A stretch of 64,000 nucleotides of DNA from the NCBI GenBank assembly GCA_001779315.1, contig MFJU01000001.1:6258-70257 (forward strand), in the 5' to 3' direction. The notes beneath the pieces were generated by a model. It made no database searches and was not told the origin of the DNA. It saw nothing but the letters and a program-made list of their open reading frames with translations. Below are positions 9,717 through 20,149 of this stretch, piece by piece. The DNA is from Candidatus Gottesmanbacteria bacterium RIFCSPLOWO2_01_FULL_42_22. Lineage in GTDB: Bacteria > Patescibacteriota > Microgenomatia > 2-02-FULL-39-11. Each line of letters starts with the position of its first letter. The stretch's first letter is position 1. Position numbers and translations under genes: made by a program.

Positions 9717-10516
9717 CCTTTAATAAAATACCTGACGGCATTTTGAAATATTTTCAGTCCCGGCCCTGTCCGCGGACAGCTCTTTCCTTCACGCCTTAAT
9801 TTATCCGCCAAATTTGTCCAATGGGGGAGCTGGTGAAAAAACTGGGCCCGTTCCGGATGAGGCATCAGTCCTAGTATTCTTCCTGATTCATCATTTATTC
9901 CGGCAATATCCGCCAATGATCCGTTTGGATTGGCCGGTAAATCAGAATAACGGCAAGTTTCTCCCCGGCTATACTTGAGAGCTATCATTCTTCTGCTTTT
10001 CAATTTTGCCAAAATTTCCGTTTCCGCATAAAATTTACCTTCTCCATGGGCAATAGGCAATGAAATCTGGCTGATGCCCGATAACCAGGGAGAATCATTT
10101 TCAATTCGAAGATCGACCCAGCGCGTCACCAGGCGAGCCTGGCTGTTATGAAGAAGGGCAATTTGCCTTTCTCCGAATTTTGAATTTAAAGCCGGCAAAA
10201 GGCCTAAATTTGCTAAGATTTGGAAACCGTTGCAAATGCCGATCACCAACCTATCGCTGTTTACAAATTCCAAAATTTCCTGCCAAAGATGATTCTTAAG
10301 TTTATTGGCATAAGCATTTCCGGAACCGCTATCGTCGCCGTAAGAAAAACCGCCGGGAAGACAAAGAATCTGAAAATCGGCAAGACTGACTTTATGGGCT
10401 ACCAGATCATTGACATGAACAATTACCGCTTTCCCTCCTGCCGTGTCAAAAGCATACTTTGTTTCCGCTTCACTGTTCAGCCCGTATCCTGAAAAGATTA
10501 ATACTTTTGGTTTCAT
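9713..10516 (-). CDS. purQ: FGAM synthase glutaminase subunit
   Basis: PGGFSYGD, GICNGFQ, IAHGEG, MPHPER; start taken at MKPKV. Confidence 0.95.
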   Translation of the reverse strand: MKPKVLIFSGYGLNSEAETKYAFDTAGGKAVIVHVNDLVAHKVSLADFQILCLPGGFSYGDDSGSGNAYANKLKNHLWQEILEFVNSDRLVIGICNGFQILANLGLLPALNSKFGERQIALLHNSQARLVTRWVDLRIENDSPWLSGISQISLPIAHGEGKFYAETEILAKLKSRRMIALKYSRGETCRYSDLPANPNGSLADIAGINDESGRILGLMPHPERAQFFHQLPHWTNLADKLRREGKSCPRTGPGLKIFQNAVRYFIKG

Positions 10517-10517
10517 T

Positions 10518-13409
10518 TTAATAATCGGCAAATTTTCTGCGGTAGGCAGCCAAAGCAAGGTCTACCGTCGTTTTAATACGGTTATTTTTATAGTTCAGAC
10601 TGATTATTTTATCTTCAGTGACGACACCGACAGGAGTCGGCCGCTCCCCTTTAAATATATTTTCGAAGATCAGCTTATTTTCGGCCGCAATAGCGACGAC
10701 AATCCTACCCATGCTTTCTGAAAAAAAGGCAGTTTGGGCTTTGTTGACATTGCCTTTTATCTCGCTTAAATCAGCCTTGACACCGAGTTTACCGGCCATG
10801 GCTCCTTTTGCCAGGCCGACAGCCAATCCGCCTTTATTGAGAGGGATGGCCGAAGCGACTATCCTTTTTTGGATCGCTTTATGAAGCAGTCTGTATATTT
10901 TCATATTTTCTAATGCATTGACGGACGGCACTGTCTGGCTATCGGTTTCACCCAAAAGATAAAGTAAATCTCCGGGCTTTTTAAAATCGGCGGTGACGGC
11001 AGAATAAACGTTGTCAATTATGCCCAGACTGGTAATTAACAAGGTCGGAGGAATCGATATTCTGACTTTTCGTCCATTCTGATCAAATCCCTGGAAATCG
11101 TTATATAAACTGTCTTTACCGGAAATAAAAGGAGTTTGGTAAGAAAGAGCATAGTCATGACAGGCTTGGGCCGCGCATTTTAGCTGATACAAACGTTCCG
11201 GATCAGAAGGTGAACACCAGCAGAAGTTATCAAGAAGGGCTATCCGTCCGGGATCGGCACCGGCGGCCACTACATTCCTGATGGCGGTATCGATAGAGCA
11301 GGCAGCCATCCGGTAGCTGTCAGACTCGCTGAAATCGGGATATAAGCCAAAGGAAGTGATTATACCCCGCTCGGAATCGAGAAGCGGGCGGATGACCGCC
11401 GTTTCGCCGTTAAGCCGACCCCGTCCGATAAGAGGTCCGACTACCAAATTGGCCTGGACGATATGGTCATACTGGCTGGAAATAAATTCAAAACCGGTAA
11501 TTGAGGGATCTTTCAGCAAATCAAGCAAATAATCGGAGTGTTTTCTACCATTTAAATTAAATTTTTTGGACGCTATATTGACAGGCTGTTTTGTTTTTAA
11601 AATTTTCCGTGGGTAGCCTTCATGAAGAAAATCAAGGTCAACATCCATAATTGTTTTATTCCGGTATTTGACGACGCATTTTCCTGATGAAGTAAATCTG
11701 CCGATAATGGTTGCTTCAACTGCGCGTCTTGTCATCAGTTTATTTAAAATATGCCATTTGGCAGGCGGTACTGCCAGCGTCATCCTTTCCTGTGACTCTG
11801 ATACCCAGATTTCCCACGGTTCCAAACCGCTGTATTTTAAAGGCACCTTTTCCAGTTCGACCAGACAGCCACCTGACTGCCTGGCCATTTCGGCAACCGA
11901 GCAGGATAATCCGCCGGCACCATTATCGGTAATGGAGTGGTAAAGTAACTGGTCCCTGGCTTCCTTGACAAGCGCATCACTGAATTTTTTCTGGATAATC
12001 GGATTGCCGATTTGCACGGCCGATACCGGACTGCCGGCATCCATTCCTTCAGATGAAAATGTGGCTCCGTGAATGCCGTCTTTACCGACACGACCACCGA
12101 CCATGACAATATAGTCTCCCCTCCGGGCTGATTTGGCAGTTGACAGTCTGCCTTTAATTTTTTGGGGAATAATTCCGATCGTGCCGACAAAGACCAACGG
12201 TTTCCCGCGGTACCTTTCATTGAAATATAAAAATCCCAGTGGTGTCGGAATACCCGATTGATTGCCTCCGGCATTGACTCCGGCGATAATTCCCTCAAGT
12301 ATCCTTCTCGATGAAAGCATTTTTTGAGTTAATCCCCGGCCTTTGTAAAGCGGTACGTCGCAATCAGGATCGGCAACACAAAAGCCGTAAAAATTAGCAA
12401 TTGGCAAGGCACCCAGCCCGAAGCCGATTGTGTCGCGGTTGACGCCAACAATACCGGTTAATGAACCGCCAAACGGATCAAGCGCCGACGGACTGTTATG
12501 TGTTTCCACCTTGTGAGTCACCAGGAATTTTGAGTCAAAATGAATGGCCCCGGAGTTATCAGTAAAAACGGAAGCGGCAAATTTTGGCTTTTTTTTTAAA
12601 ATTTTTTCCGTGGCTCCTTTGATGAAAGTTTTAAATAAACCTTTTTCCAGTTCATCGATTTGACTGCCAAAAATCGTATGCTTGCAGTGTTCAGACCATG
12701 TCTGGGCTAATGATTCCAGCTCAATATCGGTCGGTTTTCTGCCAATTTTCCGGAAATACTCTCTGATGGTTTTCATCGACGGCAAATCCAGTGCCAATGG
12801 GCCTCTTGGCTTACCCTGAATATCCCTGATGCCGTTTTTACCGATATCGGCTAGTGTTTTATCGGCCACAGCCAAATCCACTTCCAGAACGCTGGATTTT
12901 GCTTTAAGATTAACTTTAGGCACGGATAAATCCATCCCCCCGTTCTCTAAATACTCAACCCGGCTTTTAATGCTGATCGTCTCAATTAACGGATTATAAA
13001 AATTTTGACTGAGCTTTTTTATTTCGTCCAAAGTCAGCTGACCGTCGATAAAAGTAATCTGCGAAGAATAAATATTTTCACCTTTACTGAATTTCTTTTT
13101 CCGGAAATCTTCGATGGCTTCTTTTGCCGTTATGGCAATATTATCCGTCACCCCGGGCATATAGCCAATTTCAAAAGCCCAGCTGAAATAGGCTGGATCG
13201 CTTAAATTAACTGTTTGGGTAAGCGGATTAGTCAAAATCGAAGCTATAGCCGTAAGATTCTTCAGAGGGGAGTTTATTTCCAGGCTGTAGACGTCTGCTA
13301 AAAAAAGGTTTTTTATTTTACTGCCAAAACCTAATTCCTGAAGTCTTTTTTTCCGAATTTTAGCCCTGGCATCACTAATCTTCGAATAGACTTCTATCCT
13401 TGTTATCAT
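10518..13409 (-). CDS. purL: FGAM synthase synthetase subunit with N-terminal PurS-like extension
   Basis: QTWSEHCKH, KVETHNSPS, DNGAGG, SESQERM, ISGKDSL. Confidence 0.95.
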   Translation of the reverse strand: MITRIEVYSKISDARAKIRKKRLQELGFGSKIKNLFLADVYSLEINSPLKNLTAIASILTNPLTQTVNLSDPAYFSWAFEIGYMPGVTDNIAITAKEAIEDFRKKKFSKGENIYSSQITFIDGQLTLDEIKKLSQNFYNPLIETISIKSRVEYLENGGMDLSVPKVNLKAKSSVLEVDLAVADKTLADIGKNGIRDIQGKPRGPLALDLPSMKTIREYFRKIGRKPTDIELESLAQTWSEHCKHTIFGSQIDELEKGLFKTFIKGATEKILKKKPKFAASVFTDNSGAIHFDSKFLVTHKVETHNSPSALDPFGGSLTGIVGVNRDTIGFGLGALPIANFYGFCVADPDCDVPLYKGRGLTQKMLSSRRILEGIIAGVNAGGNQSGIPTPLGFLYFNERYRGKPLVFVGTIGIIPQKIKGRLSTAKSARRGDYIVMVGGRVGKDGIHGATFSSEGMDAGSPVSAVQIGNPIIQKKFSDALVKEARDQLLYHSITDNGAGGLSCSVAEMARQSGGCLVELEKVPLKYSGLEPWEIWVSESQERMTLAVPPAKWHILNKLMTRRAVEATIIGRFTSSGKCVVKYRNKTIMDVDLDFLHEGYPRKILKTKQPVNIASKKFNLNGRKHSDYLLDLLKDPSITGFEFISSQYDHIVQANLVVGPLIGRGRLNGETAVIRPLLDSERGIITSFGLYPDFSESDSYRMAACSIDTAIRNVVAAGADPGRIALLDNFCWCSPSDPERLYQLKCAAQACHDYALSYQTPFISGKDSLYNDFQGFDQNGRKVRISIPPTLLITSLGIIDNVYSAVTADFKKPGDLLYLLGETDSQTVPSVNALENMKIYRLLHKAIQKRIVASAIPLNKGGLAVGLAKGAMAGKLGVKADLSEIKGNVNKAQTAFFSESMGRIVVAIAAENKLIFENIFKGERPTPVGVVTEDKIISLNYKNNRIKTTVDLALAAYRRKFADY

Positions 13410-13413
13410 CAGC

Positions 13414-15069
13414 TCATGACTGTTTTAAACAAGCAGCTATAAATTCCCTGAACAAAGGATGGGGAGACAAGGGACGGCTTTTGTATTCCGGATGTCCCTG
13501 GACTCCCAGGTAAAACGGGTGCATGGTTTTTGGCAGTTCGATGATTTCGACCAGATTCTCAACGACACTGCGGGCAGATATAATTAAACCGGCTTTTTCA
13601 AAATCTTTAATATATTGGTCATTAAATTCATAGCGGTGCCTGTGTCTTTCACCGGTTAATCCTTTGCTTTTATCCAAAAATTGGTCGTATTTTCCATATG
13701 CATCCCAGGCAATCGTATCTTTTTTTACTAAAGCCTGCCAGGCACCCAGGCGCATGGTACCGCCGTAAGCTCTTCGTTCCATAAATTCTTTCTGGGCGGG
13801 CATGAGGTGAATGACCGGATACGGCGTATCTGCTGAATTTTCCGTAGTATCCGCTTTTGACCAACCCAATATTTCCCTGGCAAAAGCCACCACCGCCAGC
13901 TGCATACCGTAGCAAAGTCCCAGATAGGGAATCTTATTTCTTCTGGCAAATCCGGCGGCTGCAATCATGCCCTCAGATCCCCTTTCACCCCAGCCGATTG
14001 GCACGATCAGTCCATGGACTGAGGGTATCGCCGGTTCGCCCTGCTGTTCTACCTTCTCGGCATCGATCCATAGCGTTTTGACTTGTGCATCATTGACCCA
14101 GGCAGCATGGTCAATTGCATCCATTAAAGCCGCGTATGAATCCCTTAGCTGATACTCACCTGTTTTAAAATATTTGCCGACGATGGCAATGGTGATTTTT
14201 TTCTTTTTGGGAGATTTAATTTTTTTGACCAGGCTCTGCCATTCGGAAAGTTCAGGTTCATGGTATTCCAAACCCAATTTCTGGCAGACTTTAGACAAAA
14301 AGGACTGTTCATGGAATTGCAGGGGGACTTCGTAAACCGTTTCCGCATCAGGACTGGAGATGATATCCTCGCTTCTTATATTGCAGAAAAGGGAAAATCG
14401 GTCGCGGCGTCTTTTATCGAGGGGTTTTTCGCTTCTGGCAATGATGAAATCCGGCTGGATGCCCATGGAATTCAGCGCTCTGACGGACTGCTGAGTCGGT
14501 TTGGTTTTCGGTTCACCGAGATGCGGGGGAGTCGGCAAATAACTGACATGGACATGGATGACATCACCTGGATGTTTCAGGGTCAATATTCTTGAAGCCT
14601 CATAATAAAAGAGATTTTGGTATTCGCCGACCGTTCCGCCCAACTCAATGATGACAATTTCCGCTTTGTCTTTTTTGCCGGCAAAATTGATGCGCTCTAT
14701 AATCTCATTGGTGATATGGGGAATGCCCTCAACATCCTCGCCGTTATATTCAAACCTTCTCTCCCGGTCGATCACTTCCTTGTAAATTTGTCCCATAGTT
14801 ACAAAATTGTAGCGGGACATATTTCTGTCCAAATATTTTTCATAGGTGCCGATGTCCATGTCGGCTTCAGTACCGTCTTCGCAAAGAAAAGGATCTCCGT
14901 GCTCAATGGGATTGATGGTACCGGCATCCAGATTAAGATAATTTTCGCATTTGACGTTGGTGACTTTATATCCGGAAGCTTTAAGAAGAAAAGCGATTGA
15001 AGCGGAAGCAATGCCTTTGCCAAGCCCTGAAAGCACTCCGCCGGAAATGAAGATATATTTGATCGGCAT
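13414..15069 (-). CDS. pyrG: CTP synthase
   Basis: GGVLSGLGKG, ELGGTVG, KTKPTQ, GLCYGMQ, ERHRHRYE, GHPEY. Confidence 0.97.
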   Translation of the reverse strand: MPIKYIFISGGVLSGLGKGIASASIAFLLKASGYKVTNVKCENYLNLDAGTINPIEHGDPFLCEDGTEADMDIGTYEKYLDRNMSRYNFVTMGQIYKEVIDRERRFEYNGEDVEGIPHITNEIIERINFAGKKDKAEIVIIELGGTVGEYQNLFYYEASRILTLKHPGDVIHVHVSYLPTPPHLGEPKTKPTQQSVRALNSMGIQPDFIIARSEKPLDKRRRDRFSLFCNIRSEDIISSPDAETVYEVPLQFHEQSFLSKVCQKLGLEYHEPELSEWQSLVKKIKSPKKKKITIAIVGKYFKTGEYQLRDSYAALMDAIDHAAWVNDAQVKTLWIDAEKVEQQGEPAIPSVHGLIVPIGWGERGSEGMIAAAGFARRNKIPYLGLCYGMQLAVVAFAREILGWSKADTTENSADTPYPVIHLMPAQKEFMERRAYGGTMRLGAWQALVKKDTIAWDAYGKYDQFLDKSKGLTGERHRHRYEFNDQYIKDFEKAGLIISARSVVENLVEIIELPKTMHPFYLGVQGHPEYKSRPLSPHPLFREFIAACLKQS

Positions 15070-15074
15070 GTTTT

Positions 15075-15104
15075 AAGATACCAAAATTCAGCTCAATCTG
15101 TCAA
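15075..15104 (-). promoter_or_regulatory. Sigma70-type promoter of pyrG, probably giving a leaderless mRNA
   Basis: TTGACA-N18-TATCTT with extended TG, 5 nt before the ATG. Confidence 0.6.
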
Positions 15105-15167
15105 CAACCACGCATCGCACACCTTCCATACACCTTGCAGCTGATTTACCCTTTACACCTGGAGATA

Positions 15168-15800
15168 TTACTTTTTCCTGGTTGCCAAATAATCCCTGCC
15201 TTTACCGACAGTGGAATTAATGGGTATATTTTTTTGGCAAAGAGGACAATCCTTTTCTTCATAAGCCGCCAATTTTACTTCTGCTAAAGAAGTGAATGGA
15301 GCTCCGACTGTCTGACCATTGACTTCATCAGGATTACGGTTGACTAAAACGCAAACAGCTACAACTTCTCCGCCTGCCGCTTTGACACTGTCAACAACTT
15401 TTTTGACTGACCCGCCGGTAGTTGTAATATCTTCTACAACCAAAATTTTTTTACTCTTGATCAGCTGATCGTATCCACGGGTAAAAATCTGATTTTTTTC
15501 AGGCGTTTTTTCAGTATAAAAACCCAGGACTTCCCGTCCGGTCAATTGGCTCAAATGATAGGCTGTCCATTGGGAAAGTATTATGCCCCCCAGAGCCGGT
15601 GCCGCCACCGCTTGGATATTTCTATCCTTAAATCTTTCGGCTATCTCACGACAGATGGCTGAGACTTCTCCGGTATGGGGATAGACGGCATCTTTGTTCA
15701 AATATGCCTCACCGTGCTTGCCTGAGGTATAAACGATATGGCTTCCGATGATATAGCCTCCGACTTTTTTAAAAATATTCATTAATTCTTCGCCTGTCAT
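15168..15800 (-). CDS. pyrE: Orotate phosphoribosyltransferase
   Basis: TSGKH, PRPP motif VVEDITTTGGS; pyr context. Confidence 0.92.
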   Translation of the reverse strand: MTGEELMNIFKKVGGYIIGSHIVYTSGKHGEAYLNKDAVYPHTGEVSAICREIAERFKDRNIQAVAAPALGGIILSQWTAYHLSQLTGREVLGFYTEKTPEKNQIFTRGYDQLIKSKKILVVEDITTTGGSVKKVVDSVKAAGGEVVAVCVLVNRNPDEVNGQTVGAPFTSLAEVKLAAYEEKDCPLCQKNIPINSTVGKGRDYLATRKK

Positions 15801-16630
15801 ACAGAATCCTTTCGAAATTTATTAATTTCATCACGGAGTTTTATGGCTTCCTGACGGGCTTTATCTGCAAAATCGCTTCTGTTTGAGGCAAAGATGATGC
15901 CGCGGGATGAATTGATAACGGCATTTAAACCGTTTCCGTCGACTCCAGCTTTGACGGTTTTTTCGACTTGACCGCCTTGAACCCCGATACCGGGAATCAG
16001 CAAGGGGAAATTATCACCAACTATATGTCGCACAATCTCAAGTTCACTGGGGTAGGTGGCACCTACCACTAAGGCGCAATTATCATTAGTATTCCAATCT
16101 TTAACCACATTTTCAGCCACAATTTGGAACAATTTTTTCCCGTCATATTCTAAATCCTGAAACTCGCCTGCCCCGGGATTGGAAGTGCGGCAAAGGACAA
16201 AAATACCTTTGTCTTCATAATCAAGAAATGGTTTAAGGGCTTCCCTTCCCAAATAAGGGTGTACGGTTACAGCATCAGCTTTCAAATATTCGAAAACAAA
16301 TTTGGCATACCCCAGGTTGGTATTGCCGATATCTGCCCGTTTAGCGTCAATAATTAAGGGTACTTCGGGATATTTTCCCTTCAGATAATCAGAGGTCATT
16401 CTTAAAGCTTCAATGCCGGCATGCCCGCGCTCTTCATAAAAGGCAGTGTTGGGTTTATAAGCGCAGATTAAATCATGGGTGGCTTCAATAATTGCCTTGT
16501 TGAAGGTTGACTGGGGATGTTCACCCTTCCGTATAAATTCAGGAATTTTAGAAATATCACTGTCTAAACCGACACAAACTAAACTGTTATTCTTAATGGA
16601 AATTGCTTTAAGCTTATCCTTGAATCTCAT
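15797..16630 (-). CDS. pyrF: Orotidine-5'-phosphate decarboxylase
   Basis: CVGLD, DAKRADIGNT, LCRTSNPG, VGAT, PGIGVQGG, NSSR. Confidence 0.96.
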   Translation of the reverse strand: MRFKDKLKAISIKNNSLVCVGLDSDISKIPEFIRKGEHPQSTFNKAIIEATHDLICAYKPNTAFYEERGHAGIEALRMTSDYLKGKYPEVPLIIDAKRADIGNTNLGYAKFVFEYLKADAVTVHPYLGREALKPFLDYEDKGIFVLCRTSNPGAGEFQDLEYDGKKLFQIVAENVVKDWNTNDNCALVVGATYPSELEIVRHIVGDNFPLLIPGIGVQGGQVEKTVKAGVDGNGLNAVINSSRGIIFASNRSDFADKARQEAIKLRDEINKFRKDSV

Positions 16631-17550
16631 TAATGGGCCGCTCCGACTATTTCAGAAATATTTTTAATTCCGTTTTTTTCCATATACTCCAATAAGTCTT
16701 TTTCCAATTCTTGATAGACTTTCATACCTTTAGTATATGTTGCTGTACCAACTCCTATTAAAGAGGCTCCGGCCAGTATCATTTCGACAACGTCCTGCCA
16801 TTTCTCGATTCCGCCCATGCCCAATATGGGAATCTTGACTGCTTCAAAAATATCATAGACACATCTTACAGCAATAGGTCTTATTCCCGGTCCGGAAACT
16901 CCGCCTTTTTTAGCGCCGATGATCGGTTTTCTTTTTTCGATATCGATGACCATCCCCGGACCGACTGTGTTTATGGCAGAAATGCCGTCAGCCCCTTCGG
17001 CTTCACATTCCTTGGCAATATCGGCTATATCAGTCACATTCGGCGATAATTTTGCCAGAACAGGGATTTTTCCGGAAACTTTCTTAACAACCTTAACGAC
17101 TTTGCCGGCACCGCCCTTTTCCATACCCAAAGACCTGCCCAGTTCATCTTCTGTATTGGGACAGGACAAATTAAGTTCAATAAATTCCGGTTTCAGAGGA
17201 ACTATTTTTTCAACTAATACCACAAATTCCTTTAGTCTGGTCGAAAAAAGACTAACTAGAATGACTGATTTACCTTTATGCTCATTAATAAATTCGGCAA
17301 TTTCCCGGGAGCCTTTTTCAATTCCGGCATTTCTCAGACCTACGGAATTGAGAAGTCCGTGTTCATACTTCCAAAGACGGGGTAACGGATTGCCTTCGCG
17401 TTTTTCAAAAGTAAGGGATTTTAAAGTTACTCCTCCAACACCTGCTTCAATCGCCCGTTTATGTTCAGGAATTTCGGTAATGATCCCGGAAGGCAAAATA
17501 AAGGGATTTTTAAATTTGACACCGCAGAATTCTAACGATAAATCAGCCAT
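16630..17550 (-). CDS. pyrD: Dihydroorotate dehydrogenase, family 1
   Basis: REGNPLPR, NSVGLRNAG, ELNLSCPN, KLSPN, INT, GGVSG. Confidence 0.94.
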   Translation of the reverse strand: MADLSLEFCGVKFKNPFILPSGIITEIPEHKRAIEAGVGGVTLKSLTFEKREGNPLPRLWKYEHGLLNSVGLRNAGIEKGSREIAEFINEHKGKSVILVSLFSTRLKEFVVLVEKIVPLKPEFIELNLSCPNTEDELGRSLGMEKGGAGKVVKVVKKVSGKIPVLAKLSPNVTDIADIAKECEAEGADGISAINTVGPGMVIDIEKRKPIIGAKKGGVSGPGIRPIAVRCVYDIFEAVKIPILGMGGIEKWQDVVEMILAGASLIGVGTATYTKGMKVYQELEKDLLEYMEKNGIKNISEIVGAAH

Positions 17551-17622
17551 TCTTTGAATAATTTGTATCACAGTAAACAAACTAGCGCAATGGTCTCATC
17601 CCTCTGTGTTATTATACTTTAG

Positions 17623-19044
17623 ATGAAATACCGGCTGGAAAAGGATTCGCTGGGAACAGTCAGCATTCCGAAAGATGCCTATTACGGTGCCCAGACACAA
17701 AGGGCTCTCGTTAATTTCCCTATCTCCGGCCTTTTGCCCGATCCTGTTTATGTCAAAGCGACTGTTCTGATCAAAAAAGCCGCTGTCAAAACCAATTATC
17801 GGTTAAAACTTCTAGAGAGGGATATTTATCAGGCCATCAATTTTGCCTGCGATGAAATTCTGAGAGGTAAATATATATACCAATTTGTAGTTGATCCCTT
17901 CCAGGCCGGCGCCGGTACTTCACACAACATGAATGTCAATGAGGTCATCGCCAATTTAGCTAATGAAAAATTAGGCTTCGCCAAAGGCACATATACTAAA
18001 GTTCATCCCAACAATCATGTCAACATGGCCCAATCGACCAATGATGTTATTCCGGCAGCTGCCAGAATCAGCCTATTACTTCTATGGCCGGATTTTTCCG
18101 CTGCGCTGGTAAAAACCATTAATACTTTTCAAAAGAAGGCTAAAGATTTTTCCAAAATATTTAAAGCCGGACGGACTCATCTGATGGATGCTCTGCCGGT
18201 TACACTAGGGGGCGAATTCGAAGCATATGCTCTGGCTTTGAAAAATGACCATGATCGTTTGAAAAAATGCAGAGAAAATCTTTTGATTCTGGGATTGGGC
18301 GGTACGGCCGTCGGAACAGGAGTCAACAGCCATCCGCAATTTACGAATATTGCTGTAAAAGAGCTTGAGCAATTGACTGGTTTAAAATTAAAAACCTCAT
18401 CAAATCTTCAGGAATCAATGCAGAATGTTTCTGATTTCCTGGATTTTTCCGGATGTCTTAGAATTTTAAGCCAAAACCTGATCAGGATCGGCAATGATCT
18501 GAGATTAATGTCTTCAGGACCAGGCACGGGTTTGGCCGAACTGACTATTCCCGAAGTCCAGGCTGGTTCATCGATCATGCCCGGCAAAGTCAATCCCTCA
18601 ATAATTGAAATGCTGACTATGACGGCTTTCCAGGTGATCGGCTCTGATCAGATAATTCTGTTGGCCTCAATGCATGGGCAACTTGAGCTTAATGTTTTTA
18701 TGCCGGTAATTATCCACAATTTGACCAACCAAATCAGATATTTAACCCGAAGCTTAACAGTTTTTCATGATAAATATTTAAGACTGGTAAAAGCCGATGA
18801 GACAATGTGCCGCTTCTGGCTGGACAGATCAGCCGGTTTAGCAGCTGCCCTTAATCCATATCTCGGCTACGAAAAAGCAGCTTCCCTCTACCGGGAGTCA
18901 CTCATAACAGGTATTCCTATTAAAGAACTGGTCGTTAAACAGGGTTTAATGACTGCCTCAGAAGCGGCCGAAAATTTCAATATAAAAAAACTTATCAATC
19001 CCAATCTTTCGGCAAAGCGCTATGTTGGACAAAGAAAGTCTTAA
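17623..19044 (+). CDS. aspA: Aspartate ammonia-lyase (fumarase/aspartase superfamily; class II fumarase not excluded)
   Basis: GSSIMPGKVNP signature, FQAGAGTS (aspartase-like), QSTND, GRTHLMDA. Confidence 0.75.
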   Translation: MKYRLEKDSLGTVSIPKDAYYGAQTQRALVNFPISGLLPDPVYVKATVLIKKAAVKTNYRLKLLERDIYQAINFACDEILRGKYIYQFVVDPFQAGAGTSHNMNVNEVIANLANEKLGFAKGTYTKVHPNNHVNMAQSTNDVIPAAARISLLLLWPDFSAALVKTINTFQKKAKDFSKIFKAGRTHLMDALPVTLGGEFEAYALALKNDHDRLKKCRENLLILGLGGTAVGTGVNSHPQFTNIAVKELEQLTGLKLKTSSNLQESMQNVSDFLDFSGCLRILSQNLIRIGNDLRLMSSGPGTGLAELTIPEVQAGSSIMPGKVNPSIIEMLTMTAFQVIGSDQIILLASMHGQLELNVFMPVIIHNLTNQIRYLTRSLTVFHDKYLRLVKADETMCRFWLDRSAGLAAALNPYLGYEKAASLYRESLITGIPIKELVVKQGLMTASEAAENFNIKKLINPNLSAKRYVGQRKS

Positions 19045-20149
19045 ACTCCATAAAAAGTTAGGCGGTAAGCTGGAGATAAAAGTAAAACAGCATCTGTCCT
19101 CCAAACGCCAGTTATCCCTTCTCTACACCCCGGGAGTGGCCGGTAGCGTTAAGGCCATCAATCAGTATAAATCAATGGCCTATCAGTTATCGCTAAAGAA
19201 AAACACGGTAGCTGTAATAACCGATGCTACGGCCGTTTTGGGATTAGGCAAAGTCAGTCCGGAAGCGGCTTTGCCGGTCATGGAAGGCAAGTGCCTCTTG
19301 TTTAAGGAATTGGCCGGGATTGATGCCTTTCCCTTATGCTTGAAAACCAATAACTGGCAGGAGACGATGGTTGTCATCAGGAGTTTAGCTCCGACTTTTG
19401 CCGCTATCAATCTGGAAGATATCGCCGCCCCCGACTGCTTTAAGATTGAAGAAAATCTGCAGGATTTGGGTATACCGGTCGTTCATGATGACCAGCATGC
19501 GACAGCCATCGCTGTTTTGGCAGGATTATTTAATGCAGTCAAGATTGTCGGGAAAAATCTAAAAAAATGCCGGCTTATTGTCTGCGGAGCAGGCGCAGCC
19601 GGCACTGCTGTTATTAAACTTTTACATTATTACGGCAACCAAAATCTTATAGCGGTTGATAGCAATGGAATTATCGGCAAACACCGTCGATTTCCGGATG
19701 AATATAAAAAAGAGCTGGCTGAAATTACCAATCCGGACAACAACAGGGGTAATTTGGCGCAGGCTGTGCGGGAAAGCGATATCCTCATTGGAGTCTCCAA
19801 AAAAAATCTTTTTCAAAGGGAGATGATCAGATCAATGAATCGGCAGGCTATAGTTTTTGCCTTAGCCAATCCTGATCCGGAGATAAGCAGGGTTGATGCG
19901 CTAAAAGCCGGAGCTACCGTCTATGCCTCAGGCTCAAGCATTGACCGGAATCAAATCAATAATGCCCTGGTCTTTCCCGGACTTTTCCGGGGGTTAATTG
20001 ACAGCCACAGGAAAAAAATAACATCCCAGCTTAAAATCAAAACTGCCCATGCCATTGCTTCTCTGATAACAAGACCAACCTCAAAAAAATTCATGCCTTC
20101 TGTTTTGGATAAAAAGGTGGTAAGAAGAGTTGCTGAAGCTATACTATAA
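19022..20149 (+). CDS. NAD(P)-dependent malic enzyme
   Basis: YTPGV, PVMEGK, INLEDIAAP, HDDQHATA, GAGAAG, NQINNAL. Confidence 0.93.
   Translation: MLDKESLKLHKKLGGKLEIKVKQHLSSKRQLSLLYTPGVAGSVKAINQYKSMAYQLSLKKNTVAVITDATAVLGLGKVSPEAALPVMEGKCLLFKELAGIDAFPLCLKTNNWQETMVVIRSLAPTFAAINLEDIAAPDCFKIEENLQDLGIPVVHDDQHATAIAVLAGLFNAVKIVGKNLKKCRLIVCGAGAAGTAVIKLLHYYGNQNLIAVDSNGIIGKHRRFPDEYKKELAEITNPDNNRGNLAQAVRESDILIGVSKKNLFQREMIRSMNRQAIVFALANPDPEISRVDALKAGATVYASGSSIDRNQINNALVFPGLFRGLIDSHRKKITSQLKIKTAHAIASLITRPTSKKFMPSVLDKKVVRRVAEAIL

Noticed and set aside
16919-17557. 212 aa plus-strand ORF and many other shadow ORFs opposite known genes
   Set aside because: Antisense to well-supported genes (here pyrD) and without recognisable motifs
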